This document shows positions 53,125-64,000 of a stretch of 64,000 nt of DNA, piece after piece. The stretch is taken from assembly GCF_016432865.1 (NCBI RefSeq), contig NC_067403.1:246326001-246390000 (forward strand), read 5' to 3'. The position numbers were made by a program, and so were the translations under genes. Under the pieces are notes generated by a model. It made no database searches. It saw only the letters and a list, made by a program, of their open reading frames with translations, and was not told the origin of the DNA. The number at the start of each line of letters is the position of its first letter. The first letter of the stretch is position 1. Source of the stretch: Antechinus flavipes. Taxonomy: Eukaryota.

Positions 53125-53945
53125 GATAAATATTAGAGGGGATGTGGGAAAACTAGGACACTAAAAATTGTGCTGAATTGTTAGTAGAGTTGTGAAATGA
53201 TTCAACCATTCTGAAAAGCAATTTGGAACGATGCCCAGGGGGCTGTAAAATTGTGCCTACTCTTTGCATCAGGGTCACTATTGGGTCTGTATTCCAAAGA
53301 CATAATAAAAGAAGAAAAAGGACCTACATATACAGAAATGTTTGTAACAGCCCTTTTGTAGTGGCAAAGAACTGAAATTGAGTGAATGCCCATCAACTGG
53401 GGAATGGCTGGATAAGGTGTGGCACATTAATGTGATAGAATATTATTGTTCTATAAGAAATGATGAGCAGACTGATCTCAGAAAAGCCTGGAAAGACTTA
53501 AATATACTGATGTTGAATGAAGCAAGCAGACTTAAGAGAACATTGTACAAAATAATAAGAATATGTGATGAATAACTGTGATGGACTTGGCTCTTCTCAA
53601 CAATGGAATGATCCAAGGCAATTGAATTAGACTTGGAATGGAAAATGCTATCCACATCCAAAGAGAGAACAATGGAGCCTGAATATGGATCAACATATAT
53701 GTATTTTCACTTTTGTTTTTTTTTTTTCTTTCACATTTTTTCTCCTTTTAGGTTGATCTTTCTTGAACAACATGACAAATATGAGAAATGTGTTTAAAAA
53801 TTGCACATATTTAATATGTATTAGATTATTTGCTGTCTTGGAAGGAGGGAAATAAAGGAGGAAGAGAGAAAAATTTGAAACACAAAGTCTTACAAAATGA
53901 ATGTTGAAAACTATTTTACCTGTATTTGGAAAAATAAAATACTAT
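53125..53945 (+). mobile_element. 5'-truncated L1 (ORF2 end plus 3' UTR)
   Basis: gaggggatgtgggaaaactaggacacta...gaatgcccatcaactggggaatggctg...gtatttggaaaaataaaat. Confidence 0.9.
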
Positions 53946-54085
53946 GGAAAATGTGAAAACATTATATTCTGAATTTCATTCTAGAAATCTCTTAATATAC
54001 TATTTCATTGAATCTTAGAATTTTCTATCCTAAGAAGTTAATATAATATTATTATTGCCTACATGGGGAAATGTAGGCTTTTATT

Positions 54086-54345
54086 TTGTTGTTTGATCAT
54101 TTTTTAAGTCATATATCACTCTTTGTGACCCCATTTGAGATTTTCTTGGCAAAGATACTGGAGTAGCTTGCCATTTCCTTTCCCAGGTCATTTTTATAGA
54201 TGAAGAAACTAAGGTAAACAGGGTTAAATGACTGGCACAGGTTCACACAGCTAGTATGTAGCTGCGACTAGATTTGAACTCTGGAATATGAGTTTTTTAA
54301 CTCTAAATCCAGCTCTCTATCCACCTGTGTCACCTATCTGTCTCA
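54086..54345 (-). mobile_element. Near full-length Mar1-type CORE-SINE
   Basis: gtgaccccatttgagattttcttggcaaagatactggagtagcttgccatttcc...ctctatccacctgtgtcacctatctgtc. Confidence 0.85.
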
Positions 54346-55559
54346 AATGTAGGATAGAAAGATAATAATAAAACTTTTTGTTAATTATAATAACAAACAT
54401 TTCTATAATTCTTACACCACTTTGTATATGGTAACTCATTTGATAAAATTGCTTATTCAAGAATTATTTGAAGAGATTTTGTTTGTTTTTTTAGAATTTG
54501 GGGAGGCATTAAAATTCAGGTGACAAAAAGTAATCATTTTCTCATTGATGCTTTATACAATATTCTAGGAGATTCAGACACAGATACACAAAGATGGAAA
54601 AGCACAGAGATGGAGACAAAGTTATTATACTCAAATCATCCATTTTTCACAAGAAAAATCGCTTAAAATATTGGAAAATGTTTTTTCTCTGAAATTTTCC
54701 ACACACTAAAATTAGTTGACTTATTCCTTAGCTTAATTAAAGTTACCAAAATCTATTTTAACAATGGAAAAATGTGTATGTATGTGTGTCTCTGTGTATA
54801 ATATATAGGAAGATAGACTATAAAGATAAATATATGAAAGAGACAGAGGTATTCTAAGTTTTTTGAATGAATATAGCTATCCTTTTACAAAACTGTTGCA
54901 ATTATTTTACTATCATTCTGATAGAACCTTCACTAATATTGACTATATACTCAGCACAATTCTTACAATCATGATTTGTAGGCTGACCACTGATAGAGGA
55001 TTTTAGTAAAATTACATAAGTAGACAATTGCATCTTTTTTATTATTGGTAGTGATTTTTTGTTTTGTTTTGTTTTTTTTCATTCTGGAACTATAAAAGGG
55101 GCATAATTGTTCCTGATATCTTTCTGTAGTGAATGGAATAACTTATCTGTAATGTTAGGGGAAAAGCTTTCAGATAATGAGAATTTTCCTAAAGTAAGAT
55201 AGACTGCCCTTTTGGTGATAGTGGCTTCTCCCTCTCTGGAGGTCTTTAAGCAAAAGGTAGATGACCACTTATAGTGGCCTCTGAAATCACAAATTCTATT
55301 CTGTAATTATGGGATTATGTGATCTCATAAACTCCTGATAATTCTAAGATTATATAAATGACTCTAACTAATAGCACAAAATCAATAGATTGATCCTCAA
55401 GCTTTTACTTAAAGACCTCTAGTCAGGAGAAACCCATTCTTTCTGGAGGCAATGAATTTTATTTTGGGATATCTCAAATTGTAAGGAACTTTTCCTAAAT
55501 CTGTTCTTCTCCTATTTTCATTCATTGTTTTTTTCCTCTGACCTCTGGGGCCAATCAAA

Positions 55560-57060
55560 TGAAGGGTAACCTATATTCTGCAAAATATCCCTTTAAGGCA
55601 GAAACCAAATCTGACCATTTTCTTCTTAGGTTAAACATCCTCATTTCCTCTCATCAATTATCACATGCTCCAGACTCTTCAGCATTATCCTACAAATGTT
55701 CTCAACCCTTTTGTGGCCTTCATAAATTGTTATGCATGGAACTGAACACAATGTTCCAAACACATTTTGGCCAGGACAGAGAGTATAACTATCATTTTCC
55801 CATTCCTTTAGTATTAAAAATAGATTTCTCAGTATAGCCAAGTATTCCATTAGCATTTTAAGTATCATATTGCCTTAATGAATCATTGATTTTAATCTGT
55901 CTAAAATACACAAATATGTCATATATATAATATATGATATGAGTGTATATCATATTGATATTATATTTAGCCTCCCTTTCCTATCTTTTACTCATGAAGT
56001 TTATTATTTTAGACCCAGTTATAAGAAATTATAGCTATTCCAATTAAATTCCAACTTCTTAGATGTAGCCCATTGTTCTGTAGCCTAACTAGATCTTTTG
56101 GAATCACACCTTTGCTAGCCAATCACTTAGCTATCTCTCTAGCTTTGTGCCATTGGAAATTTGAGAAACATGTGCCTCTATTTTCACTTTTAGTCACTTA
56201 TTAGCACACTGAATAGCACAGGAAAAAAATTATTGTTTCCTGGAAGGATTCAATTTGTGACTGAGTCATTATAAGTATCATTCTTAATTTAATTGAACTT
56301 ACTGGCCTTTATTTCAAACCTTCAAGTATAAATTCAGAGATAAACTGGATCTGGCCTCTCCAGACCAGGGAAGTCATTTGGGAATAAACTCATCATTGAA
56401 TTGCTTACAGGGTGATAAATTCAGGCACCACAGGAACTCTCAAAGTCTGCTTGCTTAGTCATAAGGTTATAGCATCTTCAATACAGGAAATATTATTTGA
56501 AAAATTTTCTCAAGTATTCTTGAAATCATTCATGTTCCTTATTAATAAAGAAGTGAAAAAAATATATATTCTCTCTCACAAAATTATTAAAATCTCACAT
56601 TAGGTGAGATCTGAATAGTCAGCTAGTCTCATTCATACCTGAAAAAAAAACTTTTTCTACAATATGAGTTGTTGTTTATCTAGCCCCTACTTGAAGACCT
56701 TCAAGAAAGGGGAATCTCTACTCCCCGGTATAGACATTTCCAGTTTGGGAGAATTTATTTGCTGGCATTTTTCTGATAGCAGCCATAACCTTTTTTTTTT
56801 TCCTTTTCAACTTCCCTGATTACTATTAGAACTATTTTCTAGGGTCAAACAAAACAAATGCAATCCTACTAATATATGAGAGCCCTTTAAAGACTTTAGC
56901 ACATTGACCATGTCTTGTATGATTCTAGGCTAAAAATTTCTGTTTTATTCAACAAGTTTTTATTTAACATGGTTGCCAGTTCACATATAATCCAGGACAC
57001 AGAATCAAAATTTCAGCATTGGAAAAATTCTTATATAATCCAGGGAGTCTTACCTTGTGG
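55560..57060 (-). mobile_element. Scattered CR1/L3 fragments (about 55560-56160 and 56670-57060)
   Basis: gaactgaacacaatgttccaaa...ggccaggacagagagtata; cagaatcaaaatttcagcattggaaaa. Confidence 0.5.
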
Positions 57061-58399
57061 GCTGGTAAACTTGCTTTACATAAATTGTGAGTGTGTGTTT
57101 CTTTGTGCATCTATTACATGTATATTTCAAAATAATAGGTTTCCTTTGTAATTCCATATTTTAGGTATGTAAAATATTATTCTGAGAAATCTATAGTTTT
57201 ATCCAGTCTCTCAAAGGAGTTCATGATACAAAAATAGTCCTGTCTTCACTCTTCATAGTCTTTTGTTTGTCCTATTTCAGTGGGGACCTCTAGGTTCATC
57301 AAGATATCCCACACAAGTTCTCAGTACAAAAGAGTACTGAGCTAACATCACCTCCCTTATTTGGTTCCTTAGACATTTTCTAGTGTTGAAACCCGAAATC
57401 TAAATCCAGATTTCTAACGTGGATATCATATTCCAATGTTTCCTATTGAGGGATCATTTCTTTGCAACATTCTGGAAGCCCCACCATGGTTGATTGTCTA
57501 AGAGAGTGAGATAAGAATGAAAGACACAAAGATGATTGCTTTCCTATCTAGAAACTTCAATATGGAGGAAAGATATTGTAAATTTTAAAGTTTTGAGGAA
57601 AATGTTGGGAAAATTTAGATGTAGGACTTTGCTATCTTGCCTCCCCCCTCATTCCCAGAGGTCTCCCTTTGATCTTTAGTTTGGTCACTTTAAAAACAAG
57701 GATTTTTAATTCCTAAAACTCTCTTAGAAGGATGGTAGTATGATAAATAACAGAATAAGGTATAATATTGTTACAGTGAAATTGCTTTGTGAAATGCCAC
57801 CAAAATGTGAGATATTGAATTTTAAGCTACTGTGGATTATTGAGTGATCCTGAGAACTTTTAAAATTATTATTAATCTTGCTGTTCTATTAAGAAACCAA
57901 TAAAAAAAGAAAAAGACAACATTGAACAACAAGTATTTCCCACTGAATGTCCAAACACACTTCCTTACAAATTACATGGTCCTCCAACTCTGCCACTGTA
58001 TACATGTAATCTTGGACAAGTCACTTTATTTCTGTGAGGATCAGTTTCATCCTCTGTAAAATGGACTAGATGATGTCCAATTTCTCTTCTAACCATAACC
58101 ATGTGGGTTTTATTCCTACCAAAAACTTTATCAATTGTTAAGCGACAGGAAGGTTTTGATTTTAGACTTGGGAAGTATGGTATGAACATTGACCATTGTA
58201 ATTGATGCGAGTTCTATTGGATTTCCATATTGATTTTACATGCAATATTAAAGTTAGTAAATATAATACTGTTTGGAGTCTATATTCTCCATTGGCAGCT
58301 ATCATTATGGAAGGTAAGTGCTCCTTTCTTTGCCTTACTTTCCCCACCAAAGGTATTGATGATCTCCAATTACCTTGTATCTCTAAGTACCATGGTTCT

Positions 58400-58870
58400 G
58401 AATATAGATTTTCCCAGGGACTTTTTCTGTCAATCAACATCCATCTACGGGTTAATATTAGACTCAAACACTATGAAGATTATTTTAATTCCTCACCTAC
58501 AGGTATAAAAACTTTAAATATCTGGGGTTTATCAGAAAGCTAATTTCTGATCAAGGAAATCACATCCAACTTTTATAGTAGATCCCAACAGAGTATATGG
58601 GTACTTATTTTTTTCCAAAGCAATTAGAGAATTGTATTGTTCAAACAGAATAGAATCTACCTTTTATATGTGATAAGCAGAAGCTGTGATATTTAGCCCC
58701 AAGGGAAGGTGAGATTAACTTGCTGCACATATTCTAAATTGTGAATAGTTTTCTTTACGTTCTATGACTCATTTTGAAATAGCCAATGAAGACTTCCCTC
58801 TAAGAAATGGATTCCCCAAAGAAACATCATTTAACAAACTACCCTGGGGCTCATTAAAAATGATGTTAAG
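58400..58870 (+). promoter_or_regulatory. Putative OR promoter/enhancer upstream of the plus-strand OR5G-like gene
   Basis: EBF palindromes TTCCCAGGGA (58411-58420) and CCCCAAGGGA (58697-58706), EBF-like TTCCCCAAAGA (58812-58822), and a composite reading TTTTTAATGAGCCCCAGGGT on the minus strand (58841-58860). Confidence 0.65.
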
Positions 58871-58994
58871 AATTGAATAAAAACAATACCACAGGTTCTT
58901 AAAAGAAATTAATTCAGACCAACTACTCTGTGATTCTGCAACATGAAATGATGGACTGAGATGATAAGTGTAATTCATATTTATGGAATGCTTT

Positions 58995-59200
58995 AAAGCT
59001 GGTAAAATATTTTACATGTGCCATCTCATCTGATCCTCCCAACAATCCAAGCAGGTAAGTGAATAGACTTTATTGTCCCCACAGAACATAGGAAACCAAG
59101 ATTCAAGAAACAGGAGCTTGTTTAGGAACATCACGTTGGTAATTTGTGAGAGGATTTCCACTCTGATCATTCTGAGTCCATATCCAACACTCTCTCTACT
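58995..59200 (-). mobile_element. MIR SINE
   Basis: tctcatctgatcctcccaacaatccaagcaggtaag...gtttaggaacatcac. Confidence 0.65.
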
Positions 59201-59879
59201 AGGGCAAGCTACCTTCAACTAAATCGTGAGTTTCAAAGACATAGCGCTGGAAGGAACTTTCATGCTCATCTTATATGAGGCTATTATTTTGTAAAAGAAT
59301 TAACGGAATTGCAGTATTACATTAACATCATGAAGATGTCGTGATATTGCTGGGCAATTTGGTACCATGTAAAGAGTAGTGACTCTAAAATCAGAGCTCT
59401 TAGATGCAAATCACACCTCTGATGCTTGATATTTGTGGAAATTTACCTCCTTTGAAGTCTCAGTTTACTCATCTGTGAAATGAGAAGTTTGGGCTAGATG
59501 GCCTCTGAAATTCCTTCTTCTTGATTTATGCTCCTGTGTAGGCAAAAACATTGTTTCTAAGGGAGAATTACAATGATGAACTCTGAGAACATTACTGTGC
59601 AAGTGATCATATTTTAATGTAATATTAGAGTCAGCTACATATCTGCTGAAAATCCCATAAACTCATGCATGAGTACACAAACACATTGGATGACCTAATG
59701 CTGGGTTTGGGATCAGGAAAACCTGGGTTCACATCCTGTTTCTTACTCCATAGAGCGTGAAATTTGGAGCTGAAGGAAATTTTAATGCCAGCTCTACCAT
59801 TTAGTATGTCAGTTCATTTCTTTGAACTTCAGTGTTTTCAAATGCAACATGAAGGTCATGAATGCTCAAGAGCAAGAAA

Positions 59880-60110
59880 GACTACACACACACACACACT
59901 CATATAATCACAAACACAAGCCCAGAATCACACGTACATATATAAACAATAAACATATATACACAAACTATATACACACTCATATGCATACACACTCACA
60001 TACATATACAAACAATAAACACATACCCATACAAGTAATAAATACAAATATGCAAACACATACACATATATGCAAGCACATTCTCTGAAATCAATATATA
60101 GATAGATAGA
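59880..60110. repeat. Degenerate CA/TA-rich low-complexity tract
   Basis: Direct inspection. Confidence 0.85.
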
Positions 60111-60594
60111 TATGTTTTTTTTTCCTTCTCAGTTATAAATCAATATTTTTTCTCATTATCTGAATTATCTCCTTTCAAAATACATGAAGAAAGCCTATAA
60201 AAGATCCAGCTGAAGACTTCAGAAGGCTTGAGCCAGGAAGTTATTTCATTCAATCAACATTAATCAAATATTATTGTGTGTGTGTCATGTAAAAAAAAAA
60301 TAATAATAATGTGAGATCCTAGGAACAAAAAGACAAAACTTCAATTTTATTTTATTAGGGAATGGGAAAAAGGGAAAATGAGAAAATAAAAAGAAATAGT
60401 ATAAAGCAGACAAGTATTGAGAGAGAGAGCACCAACAAGTGCAAGTCATCAGGAAAGCTTGCTAGTATAAAATAGCATTGGAATTGTGCCTTCATGAAAG
60501 CTAGATAGATAAATGAAAGGTAAATGGTGCTATGGTTAGAATGCCAGAGAGGAAGCACTTTGTTTAAACACCTCTTCCAACACTCATTAATAGA

Positions 60595-60735
60595 GTGATA
60601 CCTGGCAAACCACTTAATTTGCCTCAGTTTCTTTATCTGTAAAGGGTGATAATTGGCACTACCTCCCAGCATTGTTACAAGAATCAAATGAGATAACATT
60701 TGTAAAGTGCTTTGAAAAGCACTTTAGTGCACTAT
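60595..60735 (+). mobile_element. MIR SINE
   Basis: gcctcagtttctttatctgtaaagggtgataat...aatcaaatgagataacatttgtaaagtgcttt. Confidence 0.8.
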
Positions 60736-60848
60736 AGAAATGCTAGTCATTGTCATCATTCTTAAGAGGGGAAGGAGAGGAGACAGAGCATTCTAGATAT
60801 GGTGACTCAATTATGCTGAAATCTGGAGGCAGAAGTATTAATAGAGAT

Positions 60849-60871
60849 GTTCCTTCTCTTTCTCCTAGCAG
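60849..60871 (+). promoter_or_regulatory. Tandem (TAGCAG) splice acceptor of the OR5G-like coding exon
   Basis: gttccttctctttctcctagcag|attacaacacataATG. Confidence 0.7.
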
Positions 60872-60884
60872 ATTACAACACATA

Positions 60885-61829
60885 ATGGAAGCTAGGAATC
60901 AAACTATGGTGACTGAATTTCTTTTTTTGGGATTTACAAATCATCTCCCACAGCAAGTTGTCCTCTTTCTAATGTTTCTATCTTTTTATCTTGTCACTGT
61001 TTTTGGGAACTTGGGTATGATCATTCTGATATGGATAGACTCCCAGCTTCACACTCCCATGTATTTTTTTCTCAGTCACTTATCCTTTGTGGATATCTGC
61101 TCTTCTTCTACTGTTACACCCAAGATGTTGGTGGACTTTTTTACGGAGAAGAAAATCATCTCTTTTCTGGGCTGTGCAGCCCAGATGTGGTTCTTTGTAT
61201 TCTTTGTAACCACTGAGTCCTTTCTTTTAGCTGCAATGGCATATGATCGGTGTATGGCAATCTGCAACCCATTACTATATACAGTTATCATGTCCCAAAG
61301 TGTCTGTATACAACTTGTGGTTGGGCCTTATGCCATGGGCCTTCTAGCCTCTACTACTCATATGGCCTTAACTTTCTGGTTACCCTTTTGTGGCCAGAAT
61401 GTCATCAATCATTTCTTCTGTGACATCTCACCCTTACTCTCCCTTGCATGTGCAGACACCCACATCATTAAATTAATCCTTTTCATCATGGCTGGGGTTG
61501 TTGGAGTCTTAAGCGGACTAACCATTCTTGTCTCTTATGTCTATATTCTCATGGCCATCCTGAGGATCCGCTCTGCTGATGGGAAGTCGAAGGCCTTTTC
61601 TACCTGCTCCTCCCATCTGACTGCTGTCAGTATCATGTATGGAACCCTTTTCTTCATCTATGTGCGTCCCAGTGCAAGCTTCTCCCTGGATCTCAATAAA
61701 GTGGTATCTGTGTTCTACACAGCGGTGATCCCCATGTTGAACCCCCTTATTTATAGCTTGAGGAACAAGGAGGTGAAAAATGCATTAAGAAGGACTTTAG
61801 AAAGGAAGATGTCTCTACTGGGCAAGTAA
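60885..61829 (+). CDS. OR5G-like: Olfactory receptor, OR5G-like, 314 aa, intact (start set at MEARNQT, not at the TTG used by the ORF track)
   Basis: ATG at 60885 follows a strong splice acceptor; NQT glycosylation site, [71 protein letters not shown]; length matches the two paralogs. Confidence 0.93.
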   Translation: MEARNQTMVTEFLFLGFTNHLPQQVVLFLMFLSFYLVTVFGNLGMIILIWIDSQLHTPMYFFLSHLSFVDICSSSTVTPKMLVDFFTEKKIISFLGCAAQMWFFVFFVTTESFLLAAMAYDRCMAICNPLLYTVIMSQSVCIQLVVGPYAMGLLASTTHMALTFWLPFCGQNVINHFFCDISPLLSLACADTHIIKLILFIMAGVVGVLSGLTILVSYVYILMAILRIRSADGKSKAFSTCSSHLTAVSIMYGTLFFIYVRPSASFSLDLNKVVSVFYTAVIPMLNPLIYSLRNKEVKNALRRTLERKMSLLGK

Positions 61830-63377
61830 AAAAGTCCTCTGTCATTCTCTGGTTGAAGATCTGTTGACAAGGCAGAAAAGGACTTTGGTAGGTGGTGATT
61901 AGAATGGAGAAGTCCTAACAAGCATGCCTTATTATCTCTCAGCTATAATTGCCATGGACTGCCAGCCTGGCTTTTGAATCCTGGAAAGGCACTTGAGCTT
62001 TTCCAACACAAACTGATGAAAAGTTTGATAATCATTCTTGTGTCAAGGAATATTAGGAATCATTTAAACCAAACTCTCCTTTTACAAGTGAGGTACCAAG
62101 GCCTAGGGAAGCTACATTATGTGTGTAACATCACCCAGCTCTTAGCATAGTGGTAAGTGCTTAATAAATTGTTCATTGGCTGATGGACTCAGTCATGATG
62201 GAGCCAGAATTGGAATTCAGGTCTTCTACTTTGTGACCCCATGATCTCTGTCAGGTTTCAAGAATCAGACCCCACTGTTGGTTACATGCAACTAATTTTA
62301 ATATTTGTTTTGAAATTTATTTAAATTTCACTGATTTATTTTCCCTTCTATTTCCCATTTCTCATTTTCTTTTTTTTTTTTTTTGATGTAGCTAAATTTT
62401 GTTTCATTCGTGTTCAATATGACATTGTAATGAATTAAGACACTTGTAAGTTATTTAATAGAAAAAAGATTTATTTTGTTATATCCTAGAAAGGATTCTC
62501 AACAAAAGCATGCAGTGAGCGTACAATGTGTGATCTCCTGCTTCTAAGTTACCCTTGTTAATCTGCCAGCCAATCATCCAGGAGATGTTAGTGTCCCTTG
62601 TGCTATTTTTACTTATGAAACCAGGAAGTAATATCACTGGCTAAGGTCTTTGTTTTCTTTAGCCATTTAAATACTGAGGATCTGTTGAAGGTCTAGCCAA
62701 GATCACGTATTAAGGGTCTTTGGTGAATATTTCTTAAGACAGGGAGTTGGGGAGAAAATTCAATAAAATAAAGGAAACCACTTAAAAAAACAGAAGAAGC
62801 AGCACCTACAATAATGACAAAGTCCAAAAATAATATCTACAATGAAAACAAAATGATTTATTTCCTAAAGTAAAACATTGCAATAAATCCCTAAGGACCA
62901 ACCAACCCCTGGAGGAAAAGAAAGGCTTCAACTCCAGACTAAGTATTGATGTCCTTTCTCCATCTACCACCACCCCACTCTGCTTTTGACTCAAGGAACC
63001 CTTTGTAATTTTCCAAAAGTCTCCTAGATATTGTACTTCCATTTTTGAATTGGTACGTAGCAGTCTACCTGGTGGCAGTGTTATACTACATACAGACTAA
63101 TCAAGTTTAACAAGAACTGCAGGACCATTCTGCAAATGGGGAAAACAAAAGGATTCCCAGCAACTACTAGGTAGAAGTAGCTAATACTACATGTTCATTC
63201 TAAGCTTGAAATCCTTTCCTCTTAGATTCAACATACCCTAATGAAGGGTGGGTCACAATCTTTGGGGGATGTCTTGTACTACTGTTATGGAATAATCCTA
63301 ATTTTATATTTTTTTAAGTTACTTAAGTTTCACTGACTGCATGTGTATGTGTGTGTGTGTGTGTATGTGTGTGTGTC

Positions 63378-63530
63378 TTAGTTCATAAGTTACTCTTTTG
63401 ATCTACTTTCCTCATCTATAAAATGAGCTGGAGAAGAAAATGGCAAATCTCTCTAGTATTTTTGCCAAGAAATTTCAAAATGGGATTATGAAGAGTCATG
63501 TGTAACTGAAAATAACTCAAGAATAACAAC
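63378..63530 (+). mobile_element. Mar1-type SINE 3' part
   Basis: tcctcatctataaaatgagctggagaagaaaatggcaaatctctctagtatttttgccaagaaa. Confidence 0.75.
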
Positions 63531-63714
63531 AACTAATGTTATTAATATTATTATCATATAAAGTGAAAGTTCTACAAGTATGTGTGAATATGGACAGCAT
63601 GGTTGCAATAATTGGGGACTTGGTGAAACCATTTCAGAGCGTGATCAGTTTCCTCAAAAAATAAACAATGTGTTTGAGAACCTAAAATGAAATTTAAATA
63701 TGATCTCTGATCAA

Positions 63715-64000
63715 ATATCTCTGATGTGTTCTAAATAGGAATCAAAAGGAATATGCATCTAAGTGAGCTTAGCATGACTCATTTATTATAAAATGGCTAT
63801 ATGCTGAACCTGAAAATTCATAAACAAAAAGTATTAAACATCCTTATGATAAAATAATAGCCAATAAAGGCCATTAAAGAAAAATAATTCAAACTTATTT
63901 AGAGAATAAATAATATGATCTTGATGGATATGTAGATCAAACAATAAATTATAGAAACAAATAATTTTATTTAAAAAATTACAGGATAACATACCAGTAG
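63715..64000 (+). mobile_element. Old L1 ORF2 fragment
   Basis: tccttatgataaaataatagccaataaaggcc...atgatcttgatggatatgtaga...ttacaggata. Confidence 0.55.

Noticed and set aside
60750-60884. 45-aa N-terminal extension of the plus-strand OR (359-aa ORF), including an in-frame ATG at 60813
   Set aside because: The track start is a TTG, and the extension crosses a polypyrimidine tract and AG acceptor, so it is intronic. Starting at 60885 gives 314 aa, the same as both paralogs.

Overview
AT-rich mammalian genomic DNA containing part of a class II olfactory-receptor (OR) cluster. The repeat content (Mar1/MIR CORE-SINEs, an RTE-type SINE, marsupial-style L1 3' ends) indicates a marsupial, possibly a dasyurid. 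There are five intact single-exon OR CDSs: two OR9G-like (6145-7074 and 17267-18199, minus) and three OR5G-like (34248-35192 and 45399-46343, minus; 60885-61829, plus). The rest is L1, L2, CR1 and SINE fragments, a probable solo LTR, microsatellites, local duplications and two N gaps. All other ORFs in the supplied track are low-complexity, antisense-to-OR or repeat-derived. I see no new biological system here. The most informative non-obvious structure is cis-regulatory: paralogous promoter/first-exon blocks for two OR5G genes, a cluster of EBF sites with a composite Lhx2/EBF-type motif upstream of the third, and a NAGNAG acceptor in front of all three OR5G start codons. An internal L1 RT fragment with a perfect 15-bp target-site duplication and a flanking segmental duplication are also notable. 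Repeat boundaries and percent identities were estimated by eye.
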